From Gemmatimonadota bacterium (lineage in GTDB: Bacteria > Gemmatimonadota > Gemmatimonadetes > Gemmatimonadales > GWC2-71-9), in assembly GCA_003222115.1 (NCBI GenBank), contig QHUL01000060.1, positions 2,351 to 66,350 of the forward strand: DNA of 64,000 nucleotides, given 5' to 3'. A program made the translations under genes and the position numbers. The notes beneath the pieces are model-generated. The model saw only the letters and a program-made list of their open reading frames with translations, was not told the origin of the DNA and did no database searches. Shown here in pieces: positions 42,059 to 53,492 of this stretch. The number at the start of each line of letters is the position of its first letter. The stretch's first letter is position 1.

Positions 42059-43620
42059 GCGACGGCGCGAAGAAGCCGGTGTACGGGCCGGACGATCTCG
42101 GCCGCTTCGACGTCGCGCGCCAGCTCGGGCAGCCCGGACAGTTTCCCTTCACCCGCGGGATCCATCCCACGGGGTACCGCGGCCGGCTGTGGACGATGCG
42201 GCAGTTCGCGGGGTTCGGCGCGGCCGAGGACACGAACGAGCGCTACAAGTTCCTGCTCGACCACGGCCAGACGGGCCTCTCCGTGGCGTTCGACTTTCCC
42301 ACGCTCATGGGCTACGACTCCGACCATCCGCGCGCCGAGGGGGAGGTGGGCAAGTGCGGGGTCGCGATCTCCTCGCTCGCCGACATGGAAGACCTGTTCC
42401 GCGGCATCCCGCTCGATCGGGTGTCCACCTCGATGACGATCAACGGCCCGGCGGCGATCCTGTTCTGCTTCTATGTCGCGGCTGCCGAGCGGCAGGGCGT
42501 AGCGAGCCACAAGCTCCGGGGCACGATCCAGAACGACATCCTCAAGGAGTACATGGCGCAGCACGCCTGGATCTATCCGGTCGAGCCCGCCCTGAAGATC
42601 ATCGTGGATGTGTTCGAGTGGGCGGCGGCGCACGCGCCGCTCTGGAATACGATTTCCATCTCCGGCTATCACATCCGCGAGGCGGGTGCGACGGCGGCGC
42701 AGGAGCTCGCCTTCACGCTGGCCAACGGCTTCACCTATGTGGAGCGGGGCATCGCCCGCGGCCTCGAGGTGGACCGCTTCGCGCCGCGACTGTCGTTCTT
42801 CTGGGACATTCACAACGACTTTTTCGAGGAGATCGCGAAGCTCCGCGCGGCGCGCCGCATCTGGGCGCGGCACATGCGGGACCGCTACGGGGCGAAGACC
42901 CCCCGGTCGTGGATGATGCGGTTCCACTGCCAGACAGCGGGCGTGACGCTGACCGCACAGCAGCCGCTCAACAACGTGGTGCGGGTCGCCTATCAGGCGC
43001 TTGCCGCGGTGCTGGGCGGGACGCAGTCGCTGCACACCAACTCGCTCGACGAGACGCTCGCCCTGCCGACCGAAGAGGCGGTCCGGCTCGCGCTCCGGAC
43101 CCAGCAGATCATCGCCCACGAGACCGGCGTGCCGGAGGTCATCGATCCGCTGGGCGGCTCCTCCTACGTGGAGTCGCTCACGGACCAGCTCGAGCGCGAG
43201 GCCGAAGCGCTGTTCGCCGAGATCCAGTCGATCGGCGGCGTCGTGAAGGGGATCGAGAGCGGCTGGTTCCAGCGCCAGATCGCCCGCTCGGCCGAGGCGT
43301 ATCAGCGGGAGGTTGAGTCCGGCAATCACGTCATCGTCGGGGTGAACGACTTCGTGAGCGAGGACGACCATCCCGTGGAGATCCTCAAGGTCTCGAACGA
43401 CGCCGAGGACTCGCAGCGGCGCCGGCTCGGGCGACTGCGCGCCGAACGCGACGCCGGGCTCGTGCAACGGCGGCTCGACGCGTTGACGCACGCCGCCGAA
43501 AGCGACCAGAACGTGATCGGGCCGATGCTCGATTGCGCCCGCGCCTACTGCACGCTGTACGAGATCCGGCACGCGCTGGAGCGGGTCCACGGCGCTTACC
43601 GGGAGCCGGTGTTCTTCTAG
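42055..43620 (+). CDS. Acyl-CoA mutase large subunit, isobutyryl-CoA-mutase-type specificity residues
   Basis: [18 protein letters not shown] (Phe), [14 protein letters not shown] (Gln), [22 protein letters not shown]. Confidence 0.88.
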   Translation: MSDGAKKPVYGPDDLGRFDVARQLGQPGQFPFTRGIHPTGYRGRLWTMRQFAGFGAAEDTNERYKFLLDHGQTGLSVAFDFPTLMGYDSDHPRAEGEVGKCGVAISSLADMEDLFRGIPLDRVSTSMTINGPAAILFCFYVAAAERQGVASHKLRGTIQNDILKEYMAQHAWIYPVEPALKIIVDVFEWAAAHAPLWNTISISGYHIREAGATAAQELAFTLANGFTYVERGIARGLEVDRFAPRLSFFWDIHNDFFEEIAKLRAARRIWARHMRDRYGAKTPRSWMMRFHCQTAGVTLTAQQPLNNVVRVAYQALAAVLGGTQSLHTNSLDETLALPTEEAVRLALRTQQIIAHETGVPEVIDPLGGSSYVESLTDQLEREAEALFAEIQSIGGVVKGIESGWFQRQIARSAEAYQREVESGNHVIVGVNDFVSEDDHPVEILKVSNDAEDSQRRRLGRLRAERDAGLVQRRLDALTHAAESDQNVIGPMLDCARAYCTLYEIRHALERVHGAYREPVFF

Positions 43621-43623
43621 CGC

Positions 43624-44742
43624 ATGACCGCCGTCCCCGTGGTTCCGAGCGAACACGCCGTGCGTGACGCCATCGAGCGGCTGTCGCGCGTCGAGCCCGG
43701 TCCGTTCCAGGTCCTGTCGTGCTACCTGAAGCTGGAGCCGCGCGACAAGGAGCGGGGCAAGTACCTCATCAAGATGAAGAACCGGGTGAAGCGCGTCGAG
43801 TCCGACCTCGCCCGGCGCGCGCTCGACCACGCGCAGCGCGAGGAGGTGGCCGCCGACCTGGCGCGCGTGCTGCACTATTTCGAGGACCCGACCCACCTGC
43901 CGCCGGCGCGCGGCATCGCGCTGTTCGCGTGCGGCAAGCTCAACCTCTTCCAGGCGCTGGCGCTGCCGCACGTGCATCGTTCGCGCCTCGCGCTCGCGCC
44001 GGTGCCGCTGATCCGCGAGCTCGTGGCCCTGGAAGAGGAATTCGGGACGATCCTCGTCGCGGCCTGCGACCGCACGGGAGCCCGCTTCTTCGAGGTGACG
44101 GCCTTCGACGTGGTGGAGCTCCCCGCAGTGGCCGCGCTCGACGCGTCGCGCGGCGGCAAGTTTCACGGCTCCGGCCAGGCGATCGCCCGTGCCGGCGTCC
44201 ACGTGGGCAGCGCCGGGGAGCACAACTACCACATGCGGATGCGCGCGGAGAAGCAGCGGCTCTACGCCCAGGTGGCCGACCGCGTCTTCCAGATCCACAC
44301 CCAGCGTCCCCTCGCGGGCCTCGTGGCCGCTGGGATCGGCGTGGACGGGGCGGCGCTGCTCCCGCACCTCCACAGCTACCTCCACGACCTCGTCCTGGGT
44401 GTGGTGCGGCTGAACCCGAAACGCGTCACGCCGGCGGAGGTGCGGGAGGCGGCGCTGCTGCTCCGGGAAGAGCGCGAGCGCGCCTGGGAGCGCACCCACG
44501 CCGAGGCGGTGCGGGAAGGACTCGGGAGCGGCTGGGCCGTGAACGGCGTGGAGCCGTCGCTCAAGGCGCTGCAGCGCGGCCAGGTGCGCACCCTGCTCGC
44601 CGACGGCCAGGACGACGACCAGCGGATCGACGACGCAGTGGAAGACGCGTTCGCGCAGCGGGTGCAGGTGGACGTCGTCTACGACGAGCGGGCCCGCAAG
44701 GTCGTGGACGGCCTGGCGGGGCTGCTGCGGTTCCGCCGCTGA
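43624..44742 (+). CDS. Bacterial archaeo-eukaryotic release factor (baeRF/eRF1-like) family protein
   Basis: VLSCYL N-domain, [21 protein letters not shown]ase-H-like middle domain, and [21 protein letters not shown]...GLAGLLRF C-domain. No GGQ motif. Confidence 0.75.
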   Translation: MTAVPVVPSEHAVRDAIERLSRVEPGPFQVLSCYLKLEPRDKERGKYLIKMKNRVKRVESDLARRALDHAQREEVAADLARVLHYFEDPTHLPPARGIALFACGKLNLFQALALPHVHRSRLALAPVPLIRELVALEEEFGTILVAACDRTGARFFEVTAFDVVELPAVAALDASRGGKFHGSGQAIARAGVHVGSAGEHNYHMRMRAEKQRLYAQVADRVFQIHTQRPLAGLVAAGIGVDGAALLPHLHSYLHDLVLGVVRLNPKRVTPAEVREAALLLREERERAWERTHAEAVREGLGSGWAVNGVEPSLKALQRGQVRTLLADGQDDDQRIDDAVEDAFAQRVQVDVVYDERARKVVDGLAGLLRFRR

Positions 44743-45164
44743 TGGCCCGACCCGCCGCCAAGCGCCCCGTTCGCATCCTCATCGCGAAGCCCGGGCTCGA
44801 TGGCCACGACCGCGGCGCCAAGGTGGTGGCGGCCGCGCTGCGCGACGCCGGAATGGAGGTCATCTACACGGGCCTGCACCAAACGCCCGAGATGATCGCC
44901 CAGGCGGCCATCCAGGAAGACGTGGACGTGGTGGGTCTGTCCATCCTGTCGGGCGCGCACATGACGCTCTTCCCCCGCATCAAGAAGCTGCTCGACGACG
45001 CAGGCCGCGGCGACATCCTGATCACGGGGGGCGGGATCATTCCGCCCGAGGACATGGAGGCGCTGGAGCGCCAGGGTATCGGGAAGCTGTTCGGTCCCGG
45101 CACGCCGACGGCCGATCTGGTGAAGTACATCGAAGAGTGGGCGGCCGAGCATGTGTCGGCGTAG
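44742..45164 (+). CDS. Cobalamin-binding small subunit of acyl-CoA mutase
   Basis: [14 protein letters not shown] (DxHxxG), SILSGAH, GGGIIP, FGPGT. Confidence 0.94.
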   Translation: MARPAAKRPVRILIAKPGLDGHDRGAKVVAAALRDAGMEVIYTGLHQTPEMIAQAAIQEDVDVVGLSILSGAHMTLFPRIKKLLDDAGRGDILITGGGIIPPEDMEALERQGIGKLFGPGTPTADLVKYIEEWAAEHVSA

Positions 45165-45167
45165 CGC

Positions 45168-46769
45168 GTGAGCCGGCTCAAGACGCTCACGGCGGAATAC
45201 CGCGAGCTCAGGGCGCGCCTGGAGCAGGGCGGCGGCCCGGAGCGCGTGCGCCGTCAGCACGAGCAGGGCAAGCTCACCGCGCGCGAGCGCGTTACCAAGC
45301 TGCTCGATCCCGGCGGTGCGTGGTTCGAGCTGGGGCTGCTCGTGGCGCACGACCAGTACGACGGCCAGGCGCCGGCCGCCGGCGTCGTCACGGGCCTGGG
45401 CCCGGTGGCCGGACGGCCTGCGGTGGTGGTCGCGAACGACGCCACGGTCAAGGCGGGCTCCTGGTGGCCGGAGACGATCAAGAAGATCCTGCGCGCCCAA
45501 GAGGTCGCGATGCGCCAGCGGATCCCGATCGTCTATCTCGTGGACTCGGCCGGCGTGAACCTGCCGTATCAGGAGGGTGTCTTTCCCGGCCAGTACGGCG
45601 CCGCCCGCATCTTCTACTACAACTCCATCATGCGGCGCTACCTGCGCGTCCCGCAGATCGCCGCGGTGATGGGCCCGTGCATCGCCGGCGGCGCCTATCT
45701 CCCCGCGCTCTCCGACGTGATCTTCATGGTCGAAGGGACGTCGTTCATGGGGCTCGGTGGCCCGAACCTGGTGAAGGGCGCCACGGGCCAGACGGTGGAC
45801 GCCGAGACGCTGGGCGGCGCGCGCACCCACACCGCCGTGAGCGGCGTGGGGCACTACCGAGCGAAGGACGACCAGGAGTGCCTCGAGCGCATTCGCGAGT
45901 ACGTCGCACGGCTGCCCTACGCCCCACGCCCCACGACCGTCAGGGAGTCCTTGAGGACGCCCCCAGTGGTCAAGCCGAAGCGCAACCCGAAGGATCTGTA
46001 CGAGCTGCTGCCGGCCGATCACCGCATGAGCTACGATGTGGGCGCGGTGCTCGAATGCCTGCTCGACGGCGGCCGCGTGGACCCATTTCAGCCGGACCTC
46101 GCCCCGGAGATGATCTGCGGCCACGGCGCGATCGCCGGGCGAGCGGTCGCCCTCATCGCCAACTCCCGCGGCGTCATCAAGGGCAAGCAGGGAGCGAGCC
46201 CCAAGATCGGCGGCATCATCTACACGGAGAGCGCGGAGAAGGTGGCCTATTTCATCGAGAATGCCGATCGGGAGCGGATCCCGCTGCTGTTCCTGCAGGA
46301 TGTCTCGGGGTTCATGGTGGGTACGGAGGCGGAGCACTCCGGGATCATTCGGGCGGGCGCTCGCTTCGTCGAGGCGATGGCGACCGCAACGGTGCCGAAG
46401 CTCGTGCTCACCGTCAACCACGCCTCCGGGGCGGGCTATTACGCCATGGCGGGGCAGGGATTCGATCCCGACTTCGTCGTGTCCTGGCCCACGGGCCGCA
46501 TGGGCGTGATGGAGGGAGAGTCGGCGGTCCAGGCCGTGTTCGGCGCCGCCGCCGCCGACTCCGGGAACGCGGCGGCCGTCGAGGCGATGCGGACCGACTA
46601 CGAGCATCAGCTCGACGCCCGCTTCGCCGGGGCCCGCGGCTTCGTGGACGCGATCATCGCCCCCGAAGAGACCCGCGATACCCTGGCGTTCCTGCTCGAG
46701 GTCACGTCGCAGTTCCCCGGGCCTCATCTCGGGGCCTTCGTCCTCCCCCCGGTTCTGGGTGACCCATGA
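45168..46769 (+). CDS. Acyl-CoA carboxylase carboxyltransferase beta subunit (MCC/LiuB-like)
   Basis: GKLTARERV, ANDATVKAG, YLVDSAG, MGPCIAGGAY, LQDVSGFMVG, SGAGYYAM. Confidence 0.88.
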   Translation: MSRLKTLTAEYRELRARLEQGGGPERVRRQHEQGKLTARERVTKLLDPGGAWFELGLLVAHDQYDGQAPAAGVVTGLGPVAGRPAVVVANDATVKAGSWWPETIKKILRAQEVAMRQRIPIVYLVDSAGVNLPYQEGVFPGQYGAARIFYYNSIMRRYLRVPQIAAVMGPCIAGGAYLPALSDVIFMVEGTSFMGLGGPNLVKGATGQTVDAETLGGARTHTAVSGVGHYRAKDDQECLERIREYVARLPYAPRPTTVRESLRTPPVVKPKRNPKDLYELLPADHRMSYDVGAVLECLLDGGRVDPFQPDLAPEMICGHGAIAGRAVALIANSRGVIKGKQGASPKIGGIIYTESAEKVAYFIENADRERIPLLFLQDVSGFMVGTEAEHSGIIRAGARFVEAMATATVPKLVLTVNHASGAGYYAMAGQGFDPDFVVSWPTGRMGVMEGESAVQAVFGAAAADSGNAAAVEAMRTDYEHQLDARFAGARGFVDAIIAPEETRDTLAFLLEVTSQFPGPHLGAFVLPPVLGDP

Positions 46770-49591
46770 GACTGCCCCGGCGCCTCGCCATCCTCTCGCT
46801 CGTCGGCGCGGCGTGCGGCGGGGCCGCCGCGCGGCCCGCGCCCAGCCCGGCGCCCGCGCCTGCCGCGCCACCGGCAGCAAGGCCCGCGCCGGAGCCGGCC
46901 GATGCGACCGCCGCCGGGGCGGAGCCCGCGCTGCCGCCGGCAATCGCCTACATCTCGGGGTTGATGCCGCTGCGAAGCACGGGCGTGGAGCAGTTCCGAG
47001 CGAAACACCCCACCTATGACGGGCGCGGTGTGCTCATCGCGATCCTGGATACCGGGGTCGACCCCGCCGTTCCCGGCCTGATCGTGACGAGCGCCGGCGC
47101 GCCGAAGATCCTGGATCTGCGGGACTTCTCCGGCGAGGGCCGAGTGGCGCTCTCGCCCGTCGTTCCCACGGCGGACGGGACGGTCGCGGTGGGCGGCCGC
47201 AAGCTGGTCGGCGGCGGGCGCATCCGGCGTCTCACCACCGGCACGACGTGGTACGCGGGCATGTTCCGCGAGCTGCCCCTCGGCAAGCTGCCCGCGGCCG
47301 ACATCAACGGGAACGGCACCAACACCGATGCCTTTCCGGTGATCGTCGTCAAGGCCGTGGACGGGTGGGTCGCGTTCCTCGACACGAATCTGAACGGCTC
47401 GTTCGAGGACGAGATGCCGCTGCACGACTACCGCCAGGGCCGGGAGACGATTGCTCTGGGCACGCAGCCCATCACCCTGGCGGCGAACCTCGAGGAGACG
47501 AACGGCGTTCCCGCGCTCGACTTGGTGTTCGACAACGGCGGCCACGGCACCCACGTGGCCGGGATCGCCGCGGGCCACAATCTGTTCAACGTGGCCGGCT
47601 TCGACGGCGTCGCCCCCGGCGCGCAGCTCATCGGTCTCAAGATCGCCAACAGCGCACGCGGCGGCATCTCCGTGAACGGCAGCATGGAGCGCGCGATGAT
47701 ATACGCGGCCCGCTTCGCGGAGCAGCGCGGGCTGCCCCTGGTGCTCAATCTGAGCTTCGGCGTCGGGAACGAGCGCGAGGGCCGGGCGGTGATCGACTCC
47801 ATCGTGAACGCGTTTCTCGAGCGGCACCCGACGGTCGTCTTCGCCATCAGCGCGGGCAACGACGGCCCCGGGTTGTCGACCATGGGCTTTCCGGGCTCGG
47901 CCGATCTGGCGCTGTCGGTGGGCGCCGTCTTCCCCGGAGCGTTCGCGCGCCCGGCGCAGGGCGGCGCGCCGCCCGCGGGCGACGTCGTCGGCTGGTGGAG
48001 CTCGCGAGGAGGCGATCTCGCGAAGCCCGACATCGTCACCCCGGGGCTCGCGTTTTCGTCGGTGCCGCGCTGGGACACCGGTAACGAGATCAAAGGGGGC
48101 ACGAGCATGGCGGCGCCGCACGCGGCGGGGCTGGCCGCCTGCCTCGTCTCGGCCCTCGCCCAGGAGGGCCGCGCGGTCGGGGCAGCCGAGATCGCGCAGG
48201 CACTGCGGGTGTCGGCCGTGCCGTTCGCGGGAGCGAGCGCGATCGACCAGGGTGCAGGCATGCCCCAGCTCGAAGCGGCCTATCGCTGGCTCATCGCCGC
48301 TCACCAGGGATCCGAGTACCTGGTCCACGCGACGAACGGTGCCTCGGCGGCGTACCGGCGGCAGGGATTCGCCGGTCCCGCGGACACGATCGAGCTGTTC
48401 CGCGTGCGACACGTCGCGGGGCTGCGGGCGGCGGAGTTCCTGTTGCGCAGCAACGTTCCCTGGCTCTCAGTACCGCCCACGGTCCCCGCGGGCGCGCGCG
48501 AGACGGAGGTCGCGGTGATCTACTCGCAGGCCCGCCTTCCCGGACCGGGCGTCTACGTGGGCACCGTGACGGCCTGGAATCCCAGCGACACGCTCGCCGG
48601 GCCCCTGTTCACTCTGGTCAACACGGTCAGCATCCCCCTCGACCTCGGGACGCGGCCGCTGTACGACGCGGAGCGCGCGCTTGGCCCGGCGCGGGTGCAG
48701 CGCTACTTCCTGCGCGTCGCACGGCCCGGGACGACGCTGCGCGTCACCGTGACGGTCCCCGATTCCGCGGGGCAGCGGGCCACCGTGCGCCTGTACGAAC
48801 CGAACGGCCAACCGTTCCGGGACGCGGAGGAGACCGACGTGGGCCGGGGCGGCAGCGGCACCGCGCGCATCGTGGTGCGCGCCGAGGACCTCATCCCCGG
48901 CGTGTACGAGCTGGACGTCACCGCGCCGCCGCTCGGGGCAGCGACGGTCACCGCGCGAGCCGAGCTCGGCCCTGTGGACGTCGCGCCGGCGCTGGGGGGG
49001 CTCGAGTTATCCGATCCGGGCACGGCGAGCGCGACGGTGCGGCTGACGCAGGCCCTGATCGGGGCCGAACGCGGCTTCGAGGTCACGGGCCGCGGTGCCC
49101 CGGCCGAGTCGATCAGCGTCCGCGTCCCTGAGTGGGCCGCCCGGGCCATGATCGACGTCCAGATGCCGCGAAAGCAGTGGGACGAGTTCACCGATTTTGG
49201 GGTCACCGACTTCGACTCGACGGGCCAGCAGGTCGGGCAGGGTGCGATGAACTACGCGTTCGCCCGCCACAGCTTCGGCGTGGCGCCCGGCTTGCGGAAG
49301 GCGCCGGTCACGATCGAGCTGTTCCCGGCCTTCGCCCGCGACGGCGGGGCCCAGCCCTGGCGCGCCACCGTCCGCGTGCGGTTCCTGTTCCGGGACCCGC
49401 AGCCGTTCGGCGGAGCGAGGGACGTAACGGTTGTGGCGGGCGGGCGCGCCGTCGCACCCCTCACGCAGCCGCCGTTGCTGGCATTGCCGGAGGGGTTCAC
49501 GCCGCTCGTCGAGGTGTCCGCTCAGGCCCCCGGCGGGGGGACGGGGGCGGACGCCGTGCGGCGGGTGCCGTTGTCGGCAGCGCGACCGTGA
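46766..49591 (+). CDS. S8 serine peptidase lipoprotein, tripeptidyl-peptidase-II-like
   Basis: Lipobox [36 protein letters not shown] and GTSMAAP give the catalytic triad and oxyanion Asn. Confidence 0.88.
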   Translation: MRLPRRLAILSLVGAACGGAAARPAPSPAPAPAAPPAARPAPEPADATAAGAEPALPPAIAYISGLMPLRSTGVEQFRAKHPTYDGRGVLIAILDTGVDPAVPGLIVTSAGAPKILDLRDFSGEGRVALSPVVPTADGTVAVGGRKLVGGGRIRRLTTGTTWYAGMFRELPLGKLPAADINGNGTNTDAFPVIVVKAVDGWVAFLDTNLNGSFEDEMPLHDYRQGRETIALGTQPITLAANLEETNGVPALDLVFDNGGHGTHVAGIAAGHNLFNVAGFDGVAPGAQLIGLKIANSARGGISVNGSMERAMIYAARFAEQRGLPLVLNLSFGVGNEREGRAVIDSIVNAFLERHPTVVFAISAGNDGPGLSTMGFPGSADLALSVGAVFPGAFARPAQGGAPPAGDVVGWWSSRGGDLAKPDIVTPGLAFSSVPRWDTGNEIKGGTSMAAPHAAGLAACLVSALAQEGRAVGAAEIAQALRVSAVPFAGASAIDQGAGMPQLEAAYRWLIAAHQGSEYLVHATNGASAAYRRQGFAGPADTIELFRVRHVAGLRAAEFLLRSNVPWLSVPPTVPAGARETEVAVIYSQARLPGPGVYVGTVTAWNPSDTLAGPLFTLVNTVSIPLDLGTRPLYDAERALGPARVQRYFLRVARPGTTLRVTVTVPDSAGQRATVRLYEPNGQPFRDAEETDVGRGGSGTARIVVRAEDLIPGVYELDVTAPPLGAATVTARAELGPVDVAPALGGLELSDPGTASATVRLTQALIGAERGFEVTGRGAPAESISVRVPEWAARAMIDVQMPRKQWDEFTDFGVTDFDSTGQQVGQGAMNYAFARHSFGVAPGLRKAPVTIELFPAFARDGGAQPWRATVRVRFLFRDPQPFGGARDVTVVAGGRAVAPLTQPPLLALPEGFTPLVEVSAQAPGGGTGADAVRRVPLSAARP

Positions 49592-50970
49592 GGGCAGCGG
49601 GTCGGCCCGTGCGCATCGCCGCGGGCCAGGGGTTCTGGGGAGACTGGCTGGAGGCGCCCTACCGCCAGGTGACCGGGGGGCCCATCGACTACTTGATGAT
49701 GGACTACCTCGCCGAAGTCACGATGTCGATCCTCCAAAAGCAGAAATCCCGCGACCCCGCCTCGGGCTACGCCAAGGACTTCGTCCCCCAGATGGAGCGG
49801 ATCCTGCCGCTGCTCGTGGAGCGGCGGGTGAAGGTGACGGCGAACGCCGGGGGCGTGAACCCGCGCGCCTGCGCGCAGGCGGTGGCCGCGGCGGCGCGGC
49901 AGCTCGGCCTCGGCGGCAAGCTGCGGATCGGCGTCGTCACGGGCGACGACCTCCTGCCCAGGCTCGATGGCCTGCTCGCGCGGGGCCACGACCTGAAGAA
50001 CCTCGACACGGGCCGCCCGCTCCGCGAGATTCGCGACCGCGTGCTCGCGGCCAACGCTTACCTCGGCGCGGCGCCGCTCGTTGAGGCGCTGCGTCAGGGA
50101 GCGGACATCGTCATCACCGGACGGGTCACCGATACCGGGCTCACGCTCGCGCCCATGGTGCACGCCTTCGGCTGGCGCGCCGACGACTGGGACAAGCTCG
50201 CCGCCGGCACCGTCGCGGGCCACACCATCGAGTGCGGCGCGCAGTGCAGCGGGGGCAATTGCAGCGTGGACTGGCAGCGCATCCCGGACCTCGCGAACGT
50301 CGGCTACCCGATCGTGGAAGCCCATGCGGACGGCGGCTTCGAGATCACCAAGCACCCGGACACCGGCGGCCGGATCAGCGTGGCGGGCGTCACCGAGCAG
50401 CTCGTGTACGAGATGGGGGATCCCACGACCTACATCACACCCGATTGCGTCGCCGATTTCACGACCATCCGCTTGACGCAGGCGGGGAAGGACCGCGTGC
50501 GCTTCGCCGGCATCAAGGGCCGTCCGGCGACGAACAAGCTCAAGGTGTCGCTCGCGTACTTCTACGGTTACAAGGCCGTGGGGACGCTCGTGTACGCCTG
50601 GCCCGACGCGTACCGCAAGGCACAGGCGGCCGACCGGGTCCTGCGGCGCCGGCTGCACGACCTCCGCCTCGCCTTCGACGCCATCCACACGGAGTTCGTC
50701 GGCGCCGATGCGACGCACGGATCGCTGGCGACGCGGGCCACGCGCTTCGCCGAGCTGCCCGAGGTGCAGCTGCGCGTCGCGGTGCGCTCGCGGGAGGCGG
50801 GGCCGGTGGAGCGCTTCACCCGGGAGATCGCACCGCTGATCCTGAACGGGCCCCCGAGCGTGACCGGATTCGCGGGCGGGCGGCCGAAGCCGGAGGAGAT
50901 CGTGGCCTACTGGCCCGCGCTCATCGACAAGGACGTGGTGGAGCCGTGCGTCGAGCTGGTAGACGTGTGA
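49588..50970 (+). CDS. Acyclic terpene utilization AtuA-family protein (DUF1446)
   Basis: [61 protein letters not shown]. Confidence 0.87.
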   Translation: MRAAGRPVRIAAGQGFWGDWLEAPYRQVTGGPIDYLMMDYLAEVTMSILQKQKSRDPASGYAKDFVPQMERILPLLVERRVKVTANAGGVNPRACAQAVAAAARQLGLGGKLRIGVVTGDDLLPRLDGLLARGHDLKNLDTGRPLREIRDRVLAANAYLGAAPLVEALRQGADIVITGRVTDTGLTLAPMVHAFGWRADDWDKLAAGTVAGHTIECGAQCSGGNCSVDWQRIPDLANVGYPIVEAHADGGFEITKHPDTGGRISVAGVTEQLVYEMGDPTTYITPDCVADFTTIRLTQAGKDRVRFAGIKGRPATNKLKVSLAYFYGYKAVGTLVYAWPDAYRKAQAADRVLRRRLHDLRLAFDAIHTEFVGADATHGSLATRATRFAELPEVQLRVAVRSREAGPVERFTREIAPLILNGPPSVTGFAGGRPKPEEIVAYWPALIDKDVVEPCVELVDV

Positions 50971-51302
50971 CAAGGAAGGCGGCCCCAAAAGTCCTGCTGC
51001 TCGACCTGGCGCATGCCCGGTCGGGTGACAAGGGCGACACCGCGAACGTGGGACTCATCGCCCTGAAGCCCGCGTACTACCCCCACCTCGTCAAACACGT
51101 GACCGCGGCGCGCGTCGCGCGGCACTTCCGAGGCCTGATCACGGGGAAGGTGGAACGCTACGAGCTGCCCAACCTCAACGCGCTGAACTTCCTGCTGCAC
51201 GGAGCGCTGGACGGCGGCGGCACGGTGTCCCTCAAGACCGATGCGCAGGGCAAGGTGCTCTCGACCGCCCTGCTCCGCATGGAGATCGCGGCGCCGCGAT
51301 GA
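50967..51302 (+). CDS. AtuA C-terminal-like small protein
   Basis: [34 protein letters not shown]...DAQGK. Confidence 0.85.
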   Translation: MTRKAAPKVLLLDLAHARSGDKGDTANVGLIALKPAYYPHLVKHVTAARVARHFRGLITGKVERYELPNLNALNFLLHGALDGGGTVSLKTDAQGKVLSTALLRMEIAAPR

Positions 51303-52057
51303 GCGACCGCGTGCTGGTGACGCTCGCGGGCGGCGTGCTCACCGCCACCCTCAACCGCCCCGACAAGCGCAACGCGATCGACAGCCCGATGATCGACGCG
51401 CTGCTCGCTTGTCTGGAGCGGGCGGACTTGGACGGCGACGTGCGCGTTGTGACGCTGCGCGGCGCCGGCAGCGACTTCTGCGCCGGGATGGACCTGAATG
51501 AGCTCCTCGCGTCGGCGGACCGGAGCGTCGCGGACAACCGACGGGCCGCGCTCCAGTTCGCCGAGATCTTCATCCGGATGCGGCGGCTTCCCAAACCCGT
51601 GGTGGCGGCGGTGCAAGGACGCGCCCTCGCGGGAGGCTGCGGCCTTGCGACGGCGTGCGATCTGGTGCTCGCCGCCGCGTCTGCGACGTTGGGGTATCCG
51701 GAGGTGCAGCGGGGGTTCGTTCCGGCGATCGTGATGACGCTGCTGCGCCGCACCGTGGGAGAAAAGCTGGCCTTCGACCTCGCCGCGACGGGCCGCGTGC
51801 TCGCCGCACCCGACGCGGCCCAGCTCGGCCTCGTGTCCCGGGTGTTCGCCGACGTGGAGTTCGAGAACGGCGTGACGGAGGTGGTGCAGTCCCTCGCTCT
51901 GCGGAGCCCCACAGCGCTCGCCTTCACGAAGCAGCAGTTCTATCAGCTCGACGGACTGCCCTTCGAGGAGGGCCTGCGGCTCGGCGCGGACGTCAATGCT
52001 GTGAGCCGCACCACGCCCGATTTCCGGGCGGCACTCCAGGCCTTCCTCAAGAAGTGA
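51299..52057 (+). CDS. Enoyl-CoA hydratase/isomerase (LiuC-like)
   Basis: LNRPDKRNA, FCAGMDL, ALAGGCGL, YPEV; the first catalytic Glu position is Gly, as in LiuC-type enzymes. Confidence 0.85.
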   Translation: MSDRVLVTLAGGVLTATLNRPDKRNAIDSPMIDALLACLERADLDGDVRVVTLRGAGSDFCAGMDLNELLASADRSVADNRRAALQFAEIFIRMRRLPKPVVAAVQGRALAGGCGLATACDLVLAAASATLGYPEVQRGFVPAIVMTLLRRTVGEKLAFDLAATGRVLAAPDAAQLGLVSRVFADVEFENGVTEVVQSLALRSPTALAFTKQQFYQLDGLPFEEGLRLGADVNAVSRTTPDFRAALQAFLKK

Positions 52058-52215
52058 CCCGCCTCTTCGTCGCGAAGGCCTGGCTCGGCGGAGCGGGAGT
52101 CCTGGTGTGCGCGATCGGCATGGCCGTCGGGCAGCGCTGGCTCGTGTGGAGCGCCGTCGGGCTGCTCGCCCCCGCGTTCCTGCTGCGCTTCGCGGAGCGG
52201 CGCCCGCCTCAATAG
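52054..52215 (+). CDS. Small two-TM hypothetical protein (53 aa)
   Basis: GTG overlapping the previous TGA; two hydrophobic helices. Confidence 0.45.
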   Translation: MTRLFVAKAWLGGAGVLVCAIGMAVGQRWLVWSAVGLLAPAFLLRFAERRPPQ

Positions 52216-53492
52216 CGCGGGTCGTCCGCGGCGCCGACTGCCCGGCGCGCCGCCCGCACCCAGACCCGCACTTCCGGCAGCGTGGGACGGGGGCCGCGGT
52301 GCGCGACGCTCCAGACCGTCGCCGGGCTGGCGGCGGCGAGGTCCGCGACGGTGCGGATCCCGCCCGCCGCGAGCGCGGCAGCGTGCCGCGTCCCGATCCC
52401 CCGCAGCGTGCAGAGGCGAGCCGCCTCCCGCACGCTCGACGCTGCAGCGTGGTCGAGCCCCGCCCGCCGGCCGATTTCCTCGGGCCGGAGCTGCGCCAGG
52501 CGAAACACGTCCGTGAGGCCGGCGTCCTGAAGTCGGGCCCGGGCCTCCGCGCTCACCGCAGGAAGGTCCGCGAGGCGCGGTGTCGTGGAGCTCACGGTCC
52601 AGCGGTCCATCCCAGCGAGCACCAGCACCGCGAACGCCACCGTCGGCACGACCGTCGCCGCGCGGGGCCGCCGAGCGAGCAGGTGGTAGAGCGACCACAC
52701 TTCGAGGGCGAAGAACGGGAAGCCCAGGAATCCGACCGGCGGCATCTCGAACAGCTTCACGTCCTCGAGAAAGGGCACGGTGTAGATCCATCTGCCGCGG
52801 GCGAGGTGATTGAAGGTCTCCCACAGGGCGCCTGCGACGAGGCCCGCCGCCATCAGCCGGACGATGCGCCCCCACTCGCCGCGCGCGATGTCTCCGAACA
52901 GGGACCGGTCGCGGTCCCGCCGGTACAGCAACGGCTCGGCGATCAGCCAGACGGCGCCCCACGTGAAGGGGTGGAGCACGCTCGGGAAGACGAGCGTCAG
53001 CGCGAGCGCGGCGCAGCCGAGCGCGACGGAGACACGCAGGTCGCCCGACTCGACGCGCACGGGGCGCGCCGAGAGACGCCGGCCCACACCCAGATACTCG
53101 AGGAGGCGCGCGGGCAGCAGCACCGCCGGTACCACCGTAGCGAGCGAGAGGGTGATACCGAGCCACCGTTCCACGCGGTGGTCCGGTAGGAACACGTAGT
53201 ACCAGTCCTGCAGGCGGAAGTTGAGCGCTTCGAACAGGAACCAGATCACGGCGGACCACCACAGCATGCCGCCGAGCTCGCGCGGCCGCGCCAGCAACGA
53301 AGTGCCGCCCAGCCGTACGACGAGCGCGTCGAGGATGACGAGGGTCGGATACCAGGCGAAGACGTAGAACCAGGTGGGGACGGGTGGGACGTCGAGCCGG
53401 AGCAGGACCAAGGCCGCGGCAAGCGCCGCGACCGCCGCGCCGAGCGCGAACCGGGGGTAGTGTAGTAGAATCTTGGGCGTAGCCGGCTTCAT
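52209..53492 (-). CDS. Membrane protein with C-terminal HhH (DUF4332-like) domain
   Basis: Multiple TMs with W..FE..N...W.Y and LWETFN...W.Y...FEMP..GFLGFP motifs; C-terminal LRGIGTRHA..L..GI.TV.DL. Confidence 0.7.
   Translation of the reverse strand: MKPATPKILLHYPRFALGAAVAALAAALVLLRLDVPPVPTWFYVFAWYPTLVILDALVVRLGGTSLLARPRELGGMLWWSAVIWFLFEALNFRLQDWYYVFLPDHRVERWLGITLSLATVVPAVLLPARLLEYLGVGRRLSARPVRVESGDLRVSVALGCAALALTLVFPSVLHPFTWGAVWLIAEPLLYRRDRDRSLFGDIARGEWGRIVRLMAAGLVAGALWETFNHLARGRWIYTVPFLEDVKLFEMPPVGFLGFPFFALEVWSLYHLLARRPRAATVVPTVAFAVLVLAGMDRWTVSSTTPRLADLPAVSAEARARLQDAGLTDVFRLAQLRPEEIGRRAGLDHAAASSVREAARLCTLRGIGTRHAAALAAGGIRTVADLAAASPATVWSVAHRGPRPTLPEVRVWVRAARRAVGAADDPRY

Noticed and set aside
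42055..43620. Ethylmalonyl-CoA or methylmalonyl-CoA mutase serving glyoxylate regeneration for the serine cycle
   Set aside because: It lacks the Tyr/Arg carboxylate-binding pair, and no ccr, epimerase or mesaconyl-CoA genes are in the window.
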